A stretch of 64,000 bases of DNA from a virus: IMG/VR virus record IMGVR_UViG_3300048580_000372, positions 9,801 to 73,800 of that record; one strand, given 5' to 3'. Position 1 is the first letter of the stretch, and every line of letters begins with the position of its first letter. Both the position numbers and the translations under genes were made by a program. Positions 18,655 to 28,175 of the stretch are shown here, in pieces. The notes below the pieces were generated by a model. It was not told the origin of the DNA, did no database searches, and saw nothing but the letters and a program-made list of their open reading frames with translations.

Positions 18655-19224
18655 TTAACATATTTTCCATTTATTTTGTTTTTCTTTTGTTCTTATTTTA
18701 TATTTATAAGTATCTAAATATTGAATATCACCAATTAATGATGGATTTTGTATCACTATTGTTGTTCCCCAATCAGGATGCTTAAAAACAGTCCCATTTA
18801 ATTTTGTTGTTAACCCAAAGTCCTTTAACGTGGCTATTGAATTCGCCATATAATGACCTTTATCAAAAAAATCAGAAAACATTTCTATATCCCTAACTTG
18901 CCATTCACTTAAACTTTTATAATCAATACTCAAAATATCAAATTGATTTTTTAATGAAATTTCACCATAAACTTTTAATGCCAGTTCTTGTTCTAATATT
19001 AAAAAATTTTCTAACTTAACAATCCCTTTTATTATTTGTGACCCATAAGTTAAAATATCATCAATCCTATCCCAATCTAAAATACCATATACACCATTTC
19101 CATAATCACCATTTTCACTCACATAAAAACCTGACTTAAAATCTTTTGGATTTTTATTAGTACAATGATAGAATGGAACCCCAAATACATTAATATTTTC
19201 CAATAATAAATCAACGATCTTCAT
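18655..19224 (-). CDS. ADP-ribosyltransferase-like protein (leader MKIVDLLLE)
   Basis: FYHCT...YGNGVY strand motifs of PARP-like ARTs. Confidence 0.55.
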   Translation of the reverse strand: MKIVDLLLENINVFGVPFYHCTNKNPKDFKSGFYVSENGDYGNGVYGILDWDRIDDILTYGSQIIKGIVKLENFLILEQELALKVYGEISLKNQFDILSIDYKSLSEWQVRDIEMFSDFFDKGHYMANSIATLKDFGLTTKLNGTVFKHPDWGTTIVIQNPSLIGDIQYLDTYKYKIRTKEKQNKWKIC

Positions 19225-19225
19225 A

Positions 19226-19873
19226 TTATTTGATATTTTTCAACAATTTAGCGACTTCTTCCTTCGCCACTAATGCATTTTCCCTTGCACGATGGAAACG
19301 ACCTTCAAATATGCTTCCTTGTTCGTTGTTTCTGCTTTCATAACATTGTTTGGCTTTCTTTTTAAAACGAATGGCATCAGCACGTTGGGTGTAATATGTT
19401 TCTTCTAATTGAAGAACTTTTTTAATATTTGTACCATTAATCATTTCGCCCTTGTTTAGATACCTTGTCAACAATAATGCAGCTTCATAAAGAATCAAAT
19501 CACTTGCAATATTTTGTTTAGAGTTACTATAAACAACATCATAAAATGAAGTATTACCAGAACCTTCGCTCAATCTTTGACGAATTTCATATTGCCCAAT
19601 CACTACACCATTTTGTGTCTTTTTACTATTGAGAGCATCATTGGCTTCAGTACTGTAATGGGATTCTTCAACCAATTGATTAACAGCATCATTACCAGCA
19701 CTATAAAATCTTGAAAGAATTTGTTTCATATCATCTTTCATATCAACTGAATTTTCCACAATGGCTGTGTGGGCTGAATTGATTGTTTGTTTAACAGGTG
19801 TTCCTTCTTCAACTGAATTTAATATGTTTAAAAGATTAGACATTGCGTTTACTTCTTCATGTGAAACTACCAT
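19226..19873 (-). CDS. Hypothetical, probably virion, protein
   Basis: 215-aa ORF with AGGAG SD in the late cluster. Confidence 0.7.
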   Translation of the reverse strand: MVVSHEEVNAMSNLLNILNSVEEGTPVKQTINSAHTAIVENSVDMKDDMKQILSRFYSAGNDAVNQLVEESHYSTEANDALNSKKTQNGVVIGQYEIRQRLSEGSGNTSFYDVVYSNSKQNIASDLILYEAALLLTRYLNKGEMINGTNIKKVLQLEETYYTQRADAIRFKKKAKQCYESRNNEQGSIFEGRFHRARENALVAKEEVAKLLKNIK

Positions 19874-19885
19874 AATATTTCTCCT

Positions 19886-20113
19886 TTAATATCTCGAAAT
19901 TTCTTCAACGTTATTAATATAATAATAATATTTATCATCAATTTTTTCACGGAGTAGAATTTCTTTTGCGAACAATCGTCTGACTACTTCTAATTGACGT
20001 TCAGACAATTTCTCCCTTGGGTATTTATTATTGTTTTGTTTAATCATCTCTAAAATCATTGCTTCTTCATTGTTGACAACAATTTTACCTGTGGCTATTT
20101 CCCATGCTCTCAT
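19886..20113 (-). CDS. Small protein (MRAWEI leader)
   Basis: ATGA-coupled ORF. Confidence 0.65.
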   Translation of the reverse strand: MRAWEIATGKIVVNNEEAMILEMIKQNNNKYPREKLSERQLEVVRRLFAKEILLREKIDDKYYYYINNVEEISRY

Positions 20114-21600
20114 ATTCCAATCTTCCCTCTAATCATTTCAATTGCCATATTGACATATTCCGAATCATCACTATTATCAAGATAATCTACTATTTGTTGT
20201 TGGTCAAAATGATCCCCCTTGACTTTCCCAATAGCATCACTGACAACATCATGGGCAATACCGGGTATATCAGACTCATCATAATGAACATCAAATACAG
20301 CTTTATTTAATAAAACATCTTGATATTGTGAATTTAAAATACGATTGATTTCAGATTTAATTTCACCATATACTTGGTCCATTTCCCTATCATTGATTTC
20401 ACCCGTGTATGGGTCATTGGTTATTTCACCAGGCACAGACTCCATAACTTGATCTGATGGATACATAAATTCTTCCCATTCTGGTGAACCATATTCTAAT
20501 CCAAGTTTTGCAGCTTCATTAGCTTTAATATCATATGCCTTATCATCATCTTGTTGTTCAAACTTTGATGCTGCTGCTTCCCTGCCTTGTGGTGTATTGT
20601 AATAGTCCAATAAACTCATTGCCTTACCACCAGAATTAGCACTTGCGACTATTCTGTTAGTGGTTTTTTCCACAACATAATTTTCACCATTCTTATAAAC
20701 AATATCAAATTCAAATTGTTCTGGGTCATATGATTCATTGATTTGTGCTGATTCTTTAATAACTTTGTTTGTCTTGGAATCAAATTTATAACCTTTGTCT
20801 TCCAATTCCCAAATCAATTTCAATGCATCATCTTTGCATTTGTCACCCATTTTTTCAAAGTGGGCTTTTTTGATATCACTTTTTGAAGTACTGGTTATTT
20901 TTTTGGAACGATATTTAGCATACCATTTTTCTGATTCTTGGCGCAAGTCATTAATACGTTTTTCATATCTTGCGATTTCTTCTGGTGTTATTACGTCTGG
21001 TTGTTGGGCTTTTGGTTCAACAATATCTTTATTTAAATTTGATATTGGTGGCTCATCACCTTCTTTTAAATCATCTCTCAAATGACCAAAATCATAATCA
21101 TCCTCATCCCCTTTTGCACAGGTTTTTTGATATTTTGGTGCTTTTGGGTTGACAACCTTTTTTTCTTTTTGATTAACAGGTGCCCATCCTTGTTTTTTAG
21201 CATTTTCAAAGACAATATAGCGTCCTGTTTTATTCAAAGTGTTCCCAAACCACATACTTTCGACTAAAGAAGTGCTTGTTTCAACATCACCTTCTGGATT
21301 AATAAGTTCAACTTCTAATTTTTTATCTTCTGCTTTTTCTTGAAAAAAATCAAAAGCATCTTCATAATCATTAAAAGATTTTCTTTTGCCATTGACGGTA
21401 ACGTACCACTTATTTTCATTTAATTTAGCACTTTCCAACATTGATTCTACTGGAATAAGTGTGGATAAACTTTTATATGCAGTTTGGGGGGTTATTTTTT
21501 TATTTTTAATACAGATATGTTCAACCGCTTCAGCGACAGACTCATCATAATCACCTGTATCCCAATAATTGGCCAAGAACATTTCCATGCCCTCGGCCAA
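20110..21600 (-). CDS. Acidic multi-segment internal-head-like protein; start uncertain, possibly a -1 frameshift extension of 21609-22979
   Basis: Many [LIV]xE-[SG] sites; start region buried in a hairpin. Confidence 0.7.
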   Translation of the reverse strand: MAEGMEMFLANYWDTGDYDESVAEAVEHICIKNKKITPQTAYKSLSTLIPVESMLESAKLNENKWYVTVNGKRKSFNDYEDAFDFFQEKAEDKKLEVELINPEGDVETSTSLVESMWFGNTLNKTGRYIVFENAKKQGWAPVNQKEKKVVNPKAPKYQKTCAKGDEDDYDFGHLRDDLKEGDEPPISNLNKDIVEPKAQQPDVITPEEIARYEKRINDLRQESEKWYAKYRSKKITSTSKSDIKKAHFEKMGDKCKDDALKLIWELEDKGYKFDSKTNKVIKESAQINESYDPEQFEFDIVYKNGENYVVEKTTNRIVASANSGGKAMSLLDYYNTPQGREAAASKFEQQDDDKAYDIKANEAAKLGLEYGSPEWEEFMYPSDQVMESVPGEITNDPYTGEINDREMDQVYGEIKSEINRILNSQYQDVLLNKAVFDVHYDESDIPGIAHDVVSDAIGKVKGDHFDQQQIVDYLDNSDDSEYVNMAIEMIRGKIGI

Positions 21601-21608
21601 TATTGAAC

Positions 21609-22979
21609 TTATCTTCTCACTTTTTTTTTACTTGTTTCAACAATTTTTGAGTTTTTCATTGTCAAATTGCGATGTTCACGCAATGCATCAATACCACGCC
21701 CACGAATTTCACTGACAAGGGATTCTAAACGAGACAACAATGGTTTGAATTCTGATAATTTAATATCAAGAATCTTTCCTTGAACACCATTCAATAAATC
21801 TTGGATTTCCCCATATGCATCTGCAGATACCGCTGGCATTGCAACTGGTTCAATGGATGGAACTGATGGTGGAGCAGATGGCATAACTGGTGTGTCCAAT
21901 TCTGCATCAACGTCATTACCAACTTCAAAATCAGCATCATCATCCAAATCTTCATCATAATCAGATGAATAATCTGTTGCATCATCGCCCATGGAAACCA
22001 TACCTGTTTCACCACCTGGGAAATTATCAGCCAAATCGCTTGCACCTGCTGCATCCATTGTACCACTAACATCAACTGGACCTGCACTCAATGCAGGGGA
22101 AGAACCAACAACGTTGTCATATTCTTCTTCTTCTCTAACTGGTGTTCTCATACCAGCTAATTGACGCATTCTTTCAATGCTTGGAATTCCTGTGATGCCC
22201 ATAACGCTTTCACTTATTTCATTTCTTTTAACCATTGTAATTTCTCCATTTATTGAAACTCTATATGTTCTATTTGGTCCTTCTTGTATTATAGTTGCAC
22301 AGCGACCATCGTTCAGAACAACTGTTTCATTTATATCAAAGTTATTTATCAAATCTTCTTCAATTGGTGTCCTTTTATTTTCACCTTTCTTCTTAAATTC
22401 CTTCTTTTTGTCAATTTGTGGTCCACCTTTTTTCATTAATGGATTGCTTCTTGCCATATTAGCCCGACTTGCCAATTTTTCTTCTTTTGTCCTAACATCT
22501 TTTTTAGATGATTCATTAAATAATCCATCAATTTGATCATTAATATCTTTTGTTTTTTCTTCATTATCTATGTCTTCAGAAGTATCTTCGTCTTCGTCTT
22601 CAGCATCCAAATTATCTTCTTCGTCTTCTTCTTTAGATTCTGTTTCTTCTTCAGGTTCTTCTTCGGGTTCTTCTGGCGCTTCAGGTTCAACTGGTTTTTC
22701 CTTTGGTTCTGGGGGAGCCTTGCCTTCAATTTTAGCCAATATATCAGCTGGAATTTCTACTTGTTTTAAACTCAAAAAATTCATAATTTCTTTTTTGGAT
22801 GAAACGTCTTTGTCCAATAACTCAATTAGATTTAATTCATCACCAATAGAAACATTACTTACAAGTTTAACTGCTGCTTCATCATCAATACCCAAAACAT
22901 TAGCCAAGGCTTTATGAATGGACCCTTTGGTATCATCTAACATACTTTCTTGCAATAATCTAAATAATTCAAAAGCCAT
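21609..22979 (-). CDS. Acidic prohead core/internal protein
   Basis: MAFELFRLLQES leader; long D/E-rich linkers. Confidence 0.7.
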   Translation of the reverse strand: MAFELFRLLQESMLDDTKGSIHKALANVLGIDDEAAVKLVSNVSIGDELNLIELLDKDVSSKKEIMNFLSLKQVEIPADILAKIEGKAPPEPKEKPVEPEAPEEPEEEPEEETESKEEDEEDNLDAEDEDEDTSEDIDNEEKTKDINDQIDGLFNESSKKDVRTKEEKLASRANMARSNPLMKKGGPQIDKKKEFKKKGENKRTPIEEDLINNFDINETVVLNDGRCATIIQEGPNRTYRVSINGEITMVKRNEISESVMGITGIPSIERMRQLAGMRTPVREEEEYDNVVGSSPALSAGPVDVSGTMDAAGASDLADNFPGGETGMVSMGDDATDYSSDYDEDLDDDADFEVGNDVDAELDTPVMPSAPPSVPSIEPVAMPAVSADAYGEIQDLLNGVQGKILDIKLSEFKPLLSRLESLVSEIRGRGIDALREHRNLTMKNSKIVETSKKKVRR

Positions 22980-23224
22980 TATACTTGTTCCTTCGTTAAT
23001 ATTTTCGTTAATTTGGTCTTCTTTTTAAAGTCTTGTGGATTAATCAATTCTTCTTTGTTCTTTACCACTTTACCCTTGTCAGGACCATTTAAACATTTGA
23101 ATAGTTTGACCAATTTACCATCACGTTTACGCCAAACTATCCCAATATCCTCATTCAATATATTTAGAGAATTATTGTTTAAATCATCATTTCTTTTTGT
23201 TTCAAATAATTCCCATAAATCCAT
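22979..23224 (-). CDS. Small protein (MDLWELFE leader)
   Basis: Leader; ILNE site. Confidence 0.65.
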   Translation of the reverse strand: MDLWELFETKRNDDLNNNSLNILNEDIGIVWRKRDGKLVKLFKCLNGPDKGKVVKNKEELINPQDFKKKTKLTKILTKEQV

Positions 23225-23229
23225 TTTTC

Positions 23230-23658
23230 TTACCTTCCACCAGAATCACCTTGATAACCATAAGTACGATCACTTATTGGCATGTTACATACAGGTACTT
23301 TTTTACCTTTATTTTTATTAATAGCATCTATATATGCATTAATAGCATCTTCTTCGTTTTCATAGTGTAAACCTGGTGGATGAAAATAACCATTATATTT
23401 ACACCCGTCAACAAGACTACAATAATAAACATAATTTCCATCTTTATAAGGAGATACCTTATTAAAATGTTTTACTAATTTGCATAATTTTTCTTTTGGG
23501 TTTTCTTTACTTACAACCCAACGATATATTGGATTTCCACCTTTTACATTTCTAATTTCAAATTGTTCTCTGCTAATAGGTAGTGTAAAAGAACCCATTT
23601 CTTCTGTGGTCCCACTTTCTAATGCTTCCATTAATTTACGCATATATTGTCCTGACAT
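23230..23658 (-). CDS. Protein with MRKLME leader
   Basis: MSGQYMRKLMEALES; AGGAG SD. Confidence 0.7.
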   Translation of the reverse strand: MSGQYMRKLMEALESGTTEEMGSFTLPISREQFEIRNVKGGNPIYRWVVSKENPKEKLCKLVKHFNKVSPYKDGNYVYYCSLVDGCKYNGYFHPPGLHYENEEDAINAYIDAINKNKGKKVPVCNMPISDRTYGYQGDSGGR

Positions 23659-23676
23659 AATAATCTCCTTATTTAA

Positions 23677-25029
23677 TTATCTTCTCATTATCTTTGCAAC
23701 ACTTTCTACCAATGAGGCAATTTCATTATTTGTAGATTCATTAAAATTACTACCTTCAAATTCATCAACAATTTCCATCATATGTTGTGGTAAAATGTCA
23801 CAATCAATTCCAGGTAAAGTAACAAAGTCTTCACCATCCCAGTTAAATCTATCTTCAATTGATTTATAAGCATTATATATTGCATTACGTTCTTCAACAG
23901 AATAACAGTCTCTTGCACCGCCATCATTACAACAACCAATTGAATCATCTGATTCTTTAATTGCATATTTTTTGACTAATTCTGTTTCGCCAATATATTG
24001 AGCGAATGTTGTAACCAATTTACCATTTTCAAATATTGATTTCATGGAACTTTCTCCTAATTTATCTACTTTTTTTGTATAATCACGTTGTGCTTTTCTT
24101 TTTTTGGACAATAAATCATCTCTGCGTTTTTCATGGGATACCAATTCATGGGCACACATTGGTCCAGATTTATTTTCTTGTTCGATTTTATTTGTTGCAT
24201 GGTTGGATAATTCTTCTTCTGCATCTTTAATTGAACCTTCAACCAAATCTCTATCATAATCATAATCTCTATCATCACCCGGTTCAACACTATCATAACC
24301 AAATGTTAAAATAATATCTTCAATTTCATCCTTGGTGAATAAATCTGTAACATCTTCATCATTATCTGATCTTGTGACAAAATATTCATCAATATAACTT
24401 TGCATTACACCAACTTCTGGTTCTGCAGGTTGCATACGCCAAGTAATAGTTACCGGCACATCATCTTCACCATTGATATCCAAATTCCATCCCATTGATT
24501 TTGTTCCATTCCCTAAATCCATTTTACTTTCTCCTAATTTGTTTTTTCCACTTCCATCACAAACAGGACAACGAACTAACGCATTCTGTGTATGAAATTT
24601 ATATTTACCTGTTCCCTTGCATTTTTTACATGGGTTTTTCATTTCTTTTTTTGGGAGTGTTACCAACTCTTCATCAGACAAATCGCCCATCGCTTCATTC
24701 ATACTTTCTAATATACTATTACCCAAGTTATCCATTTTTGGAATTTCAACATCTAAAGAATGATCTTCTGGATATTCTTCATGCCATATACGCTTTACTT
24801 CATCAACAGATATATGAAATCCCTTGGCTGCATAAACCAATAATTCTGACACTGGAACTTCATAATCAATGCAGCTTTCATAAAACTCAATAAATTCCAC
24901 AACTGCTTTTTCAACATCATTATTATTATTCTTCATTAATTCCTTAACATCTGCAGCCACAACAGCATCATCTAAATGCCCAGGTACTCTTGGCTGCACA
25001 TTGCTAATTGTCATTTCTTTTAGTTTCAT
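23677..25029 (-). CDS. Mosaic polyprotein-like internal protein with a DnaJ-type zinc finger
   Basis: CKKCKGTG...CPVCDGSG; segments separated by ILES, LGES, LVEG and IKES sites. Confidence 0.7.
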   Translation of the reverse strand: MKLKEMTISNVQPRVPGHLDDAVVAADVKELMKNNNNDVEKAVVEFIEFYESCIDYEVPVSELLVYAAKGFHISVDEVKRIWHEEYPEDHSLDVEIPKMDNLGNSILESMNEAMGDLSDEELVTLPKKEMKNPCKKCKGTGKYKFHTQNALVRCPVCDGSGKNKLGESKMDLGNGTKSMGWNLDINGEDDVPVTITWRMQPAEPEVGVMQSYIDEYFVTRSDNDEDVTDLFTKDEIEDIILTFGYDSVEPGDDRDYDYDRDLVEGSIKDAEEELSNHATNKIEQENKSGPMCAHELVSHEKRRDDLLSKKRKAQRDYTKKVDKLGESSMKSIFENGKLVTTFAQYIGETELVKKYAIKESDDSIGCCNDGGARDCYSVEERNAIYNAYKSIEDRFNWDGEDFVTLPGIDCDILPQHMMEIVDEFEGSNFNESTNNEIASLVESVAKIMRR

Positions 25030-25124
25030 TACCTATTACTCCAATCCATTTGGTTATTATTTATTTATCATTTTTTTAAAATTTTGATAAATAAAATAAT
25101 AATCAAGAAATAAGGATTTTAAAA

Positions 25125-25494
25125 ATGCGTGAATTTGATATAGTCAACGAAGCTAATATGGGACAAAAAGTATTATACCAAAGACCTACAAAAAATGAAA
25201 AACATGGCTGCTCGTTATGGTAGGACAATATTAATTGCACTCGACCCAAAAACTTATAAACAAGAATATTACAAAAAATTATATACATTGAAATATAACG
25301 GACTTCATGGGAAAATTGAATATAAAAACAAACCAGAAAGCGAAGACCAATTAATTCCACAAACCAAACAACATTTTGGGCATTTTTATCCTCTTCAGAC
25401 GAAGAAACCCCCCATTCAGGTGGGTCGGAAATGCTTCGCATTTCTTGGGATGAATTTGGATCTCCCATCGTTGGCTTTAAATAAATACAAATAA
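25125..25494 (+). pseudogene. Frameshifted leader-tagged gene (MREFDIVNEA...) next to the TnpB element
   Basis: GATAAATA at 25086-25093 and SD; the leader frame stops after 32 codons and the long frame (25195-25494) is +1. Confidence 0.45.
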
Positions 25495-25506
25495 ATAATT
25501 AATATA

Positions 25507-25537
25507 TTGACAACTTATTGGTAATAAAGTATAAATA
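25507..25537 (+). promoter_or_regulatory. tnpB promoter (TTGACA-N17-TATAAA, overlapping TATAAATA)
   Basis: Consensus match just upstream of the ATG. Confidence 0.6.
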
Positions 25538-25542
25538 GTATT

Positions 25543-26769
25543 ATGATAAATAAGGCATTCAAATTTAGACTAAAACCAACCCAAGATCAAGTAATCAAAT
25601 TGACTCAGTGGTTTGGAATAAGTCGCTTTATTTATAATTATTGTCTCCAAGAGAACATCCAATATTACCAAGAAACCAAAAAATTCCTTTTTTATAATAC
25701 TTTGGGAGTTAGATTACCAGACCTGAAAAAAATCTATCCTTGGTTATCCGATATACCAAGCCAATCTTTACAACAAAAAATGAGAGATTTCGAAAAATCA
25801 CTAAAGGCATCTTATAAACAAAAAGATGCAGGATTCCCAAAATTCAGATCAAAGCACATCGAGTCCCATAATAGTTTCCGTATTATTCAGACCAATGGAC
25901 ATATAAAACCAACAGCCAGTCATATAATCATCCCAAAATTAGGTGATGTCAAATGGAAACGTCACAGACCACTTGAGGGGAAACTAAAAAGTATAACAAT
26001 TAAAAAAGAAAATAATTATTATTGGTGTGTATGCCTTTGTGAATTACCAGATATACAACCAATACAAGAATTTACTTCTAAAAATTTGGTTGGTATTGAT
26101 GTCGGATTAACGACTTATGCTATAACCTCAGATGGAGAGGTATTTGATACACCAAAGTTTTATCGCAAGAAACAAAAGAAATTAAAGAAATTACAACGAG
26201 TTTTATCGAAAAAGAAAAAAGACTCTAAAAATAGACAAAAAGCCAAAGCGAAAGTGAATAAATTACACTATAAAATAAAAAGCCAAAGACTTGACTTCAT
26301 TCATCAGATAAGTAGTTCGATAACCAAGAATTATTTATTTGTAGGAATTGAGGATCTGAATCTAAAAGGAATGAGTAAATTATATGGTAAGTCAGTAACT
26401 GACCAGTCATTTAATATGTTCTTCCAACAATTAACATATAAAAGTTTATGGAATGGTGGGGCAACGATAAAGATTAATCGTTGGGCACCATCCAGTAAAA
26501 CTTGTTCCCATTGTGGTAATGTCAAAGAAAAACTGTCATTATCAGAAAGAACTTATGTGTGTTCAGAGTGTGGGTTGGTAATTGATAGAGATGCCAATGC
26601 AACCATTAATATTAAAAAATGGGCATTGGCTGAACTAATGAATAGGTATGGAACATACCAAATTAAAGCCTGTGGAGATACCTCTGATGGGATAGAGAAA
26701 TCTATTAGTCAAGTATCGTTGAATCAGGAAAAGTTCCCTCTTATTGTAGAGGGAAGCCCAGTCCTTTAG
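25543..26769 (+). CDS. tnpB: RNA-guided endonuclease TnpB (IS200/IS605 family)
   Basis: N-terminal KAFKFRLKPT HTH; RuvC GIDVG, IEDL and DRDANA; zinc finger CSHCG...CSECG. Confidence 0.95.
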   Translation: MINKAFKFRLKPTQDQVIKLTQWFGISRFIYNYCLQENIQYYQETKKFLFYNTLGVRLPDLKKIYPWLSDIPSQSLQQKMRDFEKSLKASYKQKDAGFPKFRSKHIESHNSFRIIQTNGHIKPTASHIIIPKLGDVKWKRHRPLEGKLKSITIKKENNYYWCVCLCELPDIQPIQEFTSKNLVGIDVGLTTYAITSDGEVFDTPKFYRKKQKKLKKLQRVLSKKKKDSKNRQKAKAKVNKLHYKIKSQRLDFIHQISSSITKNYLFVGIEDLNLKGMSKLYGKSVTDQSFNMFFQQLTYKSLWNGGATIKINRWAPSSKTCSHCGNVKEKLSLSERTYVCSECGLVIDRDANATINIKKWALAELMNRYGTYQIKACGDTSDGIEKSISQVSLNQEKFPLIVEGSPVL

Positions 26770-26782
26770 GGATGGGGTAGTT

Positions 26783-27061
26783 CACCAAATTATTGAACAA
26801 AATATTAAAGATATAATAGCCAATCCAGAAAATACCAAAAAAGCCTGTAATGAAATTTTCAAAAAAATGAAAGATTATGGTGGGTATAATGATTATAATG
26901 ATGAAATTGTATCTGATACAATGAAAAACAATCTCCATTTATATAAAGGATTTGGTATAAAAAAATTCTTACTATTATTGAAACAACGTGGGTTCTTATC
27001 TCCCCAAGACACCAAGAAAATTTTTAAAAAATTCGTCAATCAATTTGGTGATGATGTGTAA
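26783..27061 (+). pseudogene. Probable 3' remnant of an interrupted gene (or a 64-aa ORF from 26867)
   Basis: Frame is open from the IS right end with no start codon until 26867. Confidence 0.4.
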
Positions 27062-27077
27062 AATTTTAAAAAATCAC

Positions 27078-27105
27078 TTGACATTAAAATCAAACCTGCT
27101 ATACT
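27078..27105 (+). promoter_or_regulatory. Early-type promoter TTGACA-N16-TATACT driving the ncRNA
   Basis: Same architecture as the other early promoters. Confidence 0.8.
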
Positions 27106-27111
27106 TATATT

Positions 27112-27620
27112 ATGGATTGGGAAGTAACCAACCAAACAGATTTTAGAAATTCAACCCTCTGAGGAGGATGGAGAGCCAAGGTCGGATGTGGGTTAGTTTG
27201 AAAGGGCTAACGAAGTTTCGACAAAGTTTTGTTAGGATGCACGTAATGACCTATCGGCTGGTCATCCATTTAAAATGGTTGTGCCCTTCAACCATAGGGC
27301 GTCATGAACCCTTAGAAGAGATGCTGGTTCGAATCCAGTCTGACAAATAAGCTTGGGTGTTTTGAGCAGCGATTGCGCTCCACCCCTTTCTATAGGGAAG
27401 AAATTCCCACAGTTGTCCCTGTTGGGTTCGAGTCCCAACTTGTGTATGGTAGTGAAAGGAAACAGTAACCGTTGGAAATGATATCAATGCCAACGCCAAA
27501 AGGTTCCAAGTAATGAGGCCAAACTATTTGTGGAAAAATATTGGGTAAAGTTTTAGGATAAACTCCAATAAAGGTTCGCGACCACCACATTTAGGTCGGG
27601 TTCGATCCCCGCTGACGCTA
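27112..27620 (+). ncRNA. Large structured non-coding RNA with three T-loop arms
   Basis: GC-enriched, no credible ORF, many helices, GGTTCGAxTCC-like arms at 27323, 27421 and 27597; flanked by a promoter and a terminator. Confidence 0.75.
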
Positions 27621-27627
27621 AAAATAA

Positions 27628-27652
27628 AAATGGGAGCCAAAGGCTCCCATTT
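27628..27652. terminator. Bidirectional intrinsic terminator
   Basis: AAATGGGAGCC-AAA-GGCTCCCATTT. Confidence 0.85.
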
Positions 27653-27674
27653 CTTTTTCTCAATTCATTGCGAA

Positions 27675-28067
27675 TTAAAGAACGTCTGCTTCTACAACTA
27701 CTACGTTGTCTGTTGCATCACCAACATTCACGAAGCCTGCAATGCCATTGAGCATTGAGCCAAGTTCTGCTGTACTTACTGCTTTGGTGTGTTCAACAGC
27801 GAAGCGGAAAGTATATGTGTTGCCTGAAACATATGCTGGTACTGAACCTGGGTCTGTACCAACGTTAGTTACAACGCCACCCATGATAACTGGTTGAGCA
27901 CGCATGGAGATTGCTTCAACCAATTTGTCCAATGCAACTTGTGTAGCTGCTGCTGGGTCTGCGCTTGCGCTTGGAGTAATATTCACTGTTGTATAAACTG
28001 TGAAGAAATCCATATTGCCAGTTAAATGTTCCCCTGGAAAGGAAGTTCCGTGTACTTTGTCTACCAT
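27675..28067 (-). CDS. Virion structural protein (probably abundant)
   Basis: MVDKVHG N-terminus, biased codons, AGGAG SD, late promoter. Confidence 0.65.
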   Translation of the reverse strand: MVDKVHGTSFPGEHLTGNMDFFTVYTTVNITPSASADPAAATQVALDKLVEAISMRAQPVIMGGVVTNVGTDPGSVPAYVSGNTYTFRFAVEHTKAVSTAELGSMLNGIAGFVNVGDATDNVVVVEADVL

Positions 28068-28175
28068 TTTAAATTCTCCTTTAATTAGAATTAATTTGTT
28101 GTATATTTATTTATCTTTTTATTCTAAAACTGTGTCCCAAATATTATAAAAATTCACCTTTTTTAAAAATTATTT

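Larger units (their letters stand above)
25495..26785 (+). mobile_element. IS1341-like tnpB-only element; right end at ...GGGGTAGTTCAC, left end approximate
   Basis: No tnpA in the window; typical right-end hairpin GAAGCCCAGTCCTTTAGGGATGGGGTAGTTCAC. Confidence 0.7.

Noticed and set aside
25125-25260. TAG recoding (alternative genetic code)
   Set aside because: Reading through the TAG hits TAA shortly after; long genes are intact in the standard code
27228-27347. Canonical tRNA-Met gene
   Set aside because: It has a T-arm and a CAT loop, but it is ~120 nt with extra arms, no standard D-arm and no CCA; treated as a domain of the larger RNA
27112-27620. tmRNA, or the short ORFs 27168-27350, 27302-27499 and 27390-27590
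   Set aside because: No tmRNA-type acceptor ends or tag peptide are visible; the ORFs lack SD sequences and phage-like codon usage
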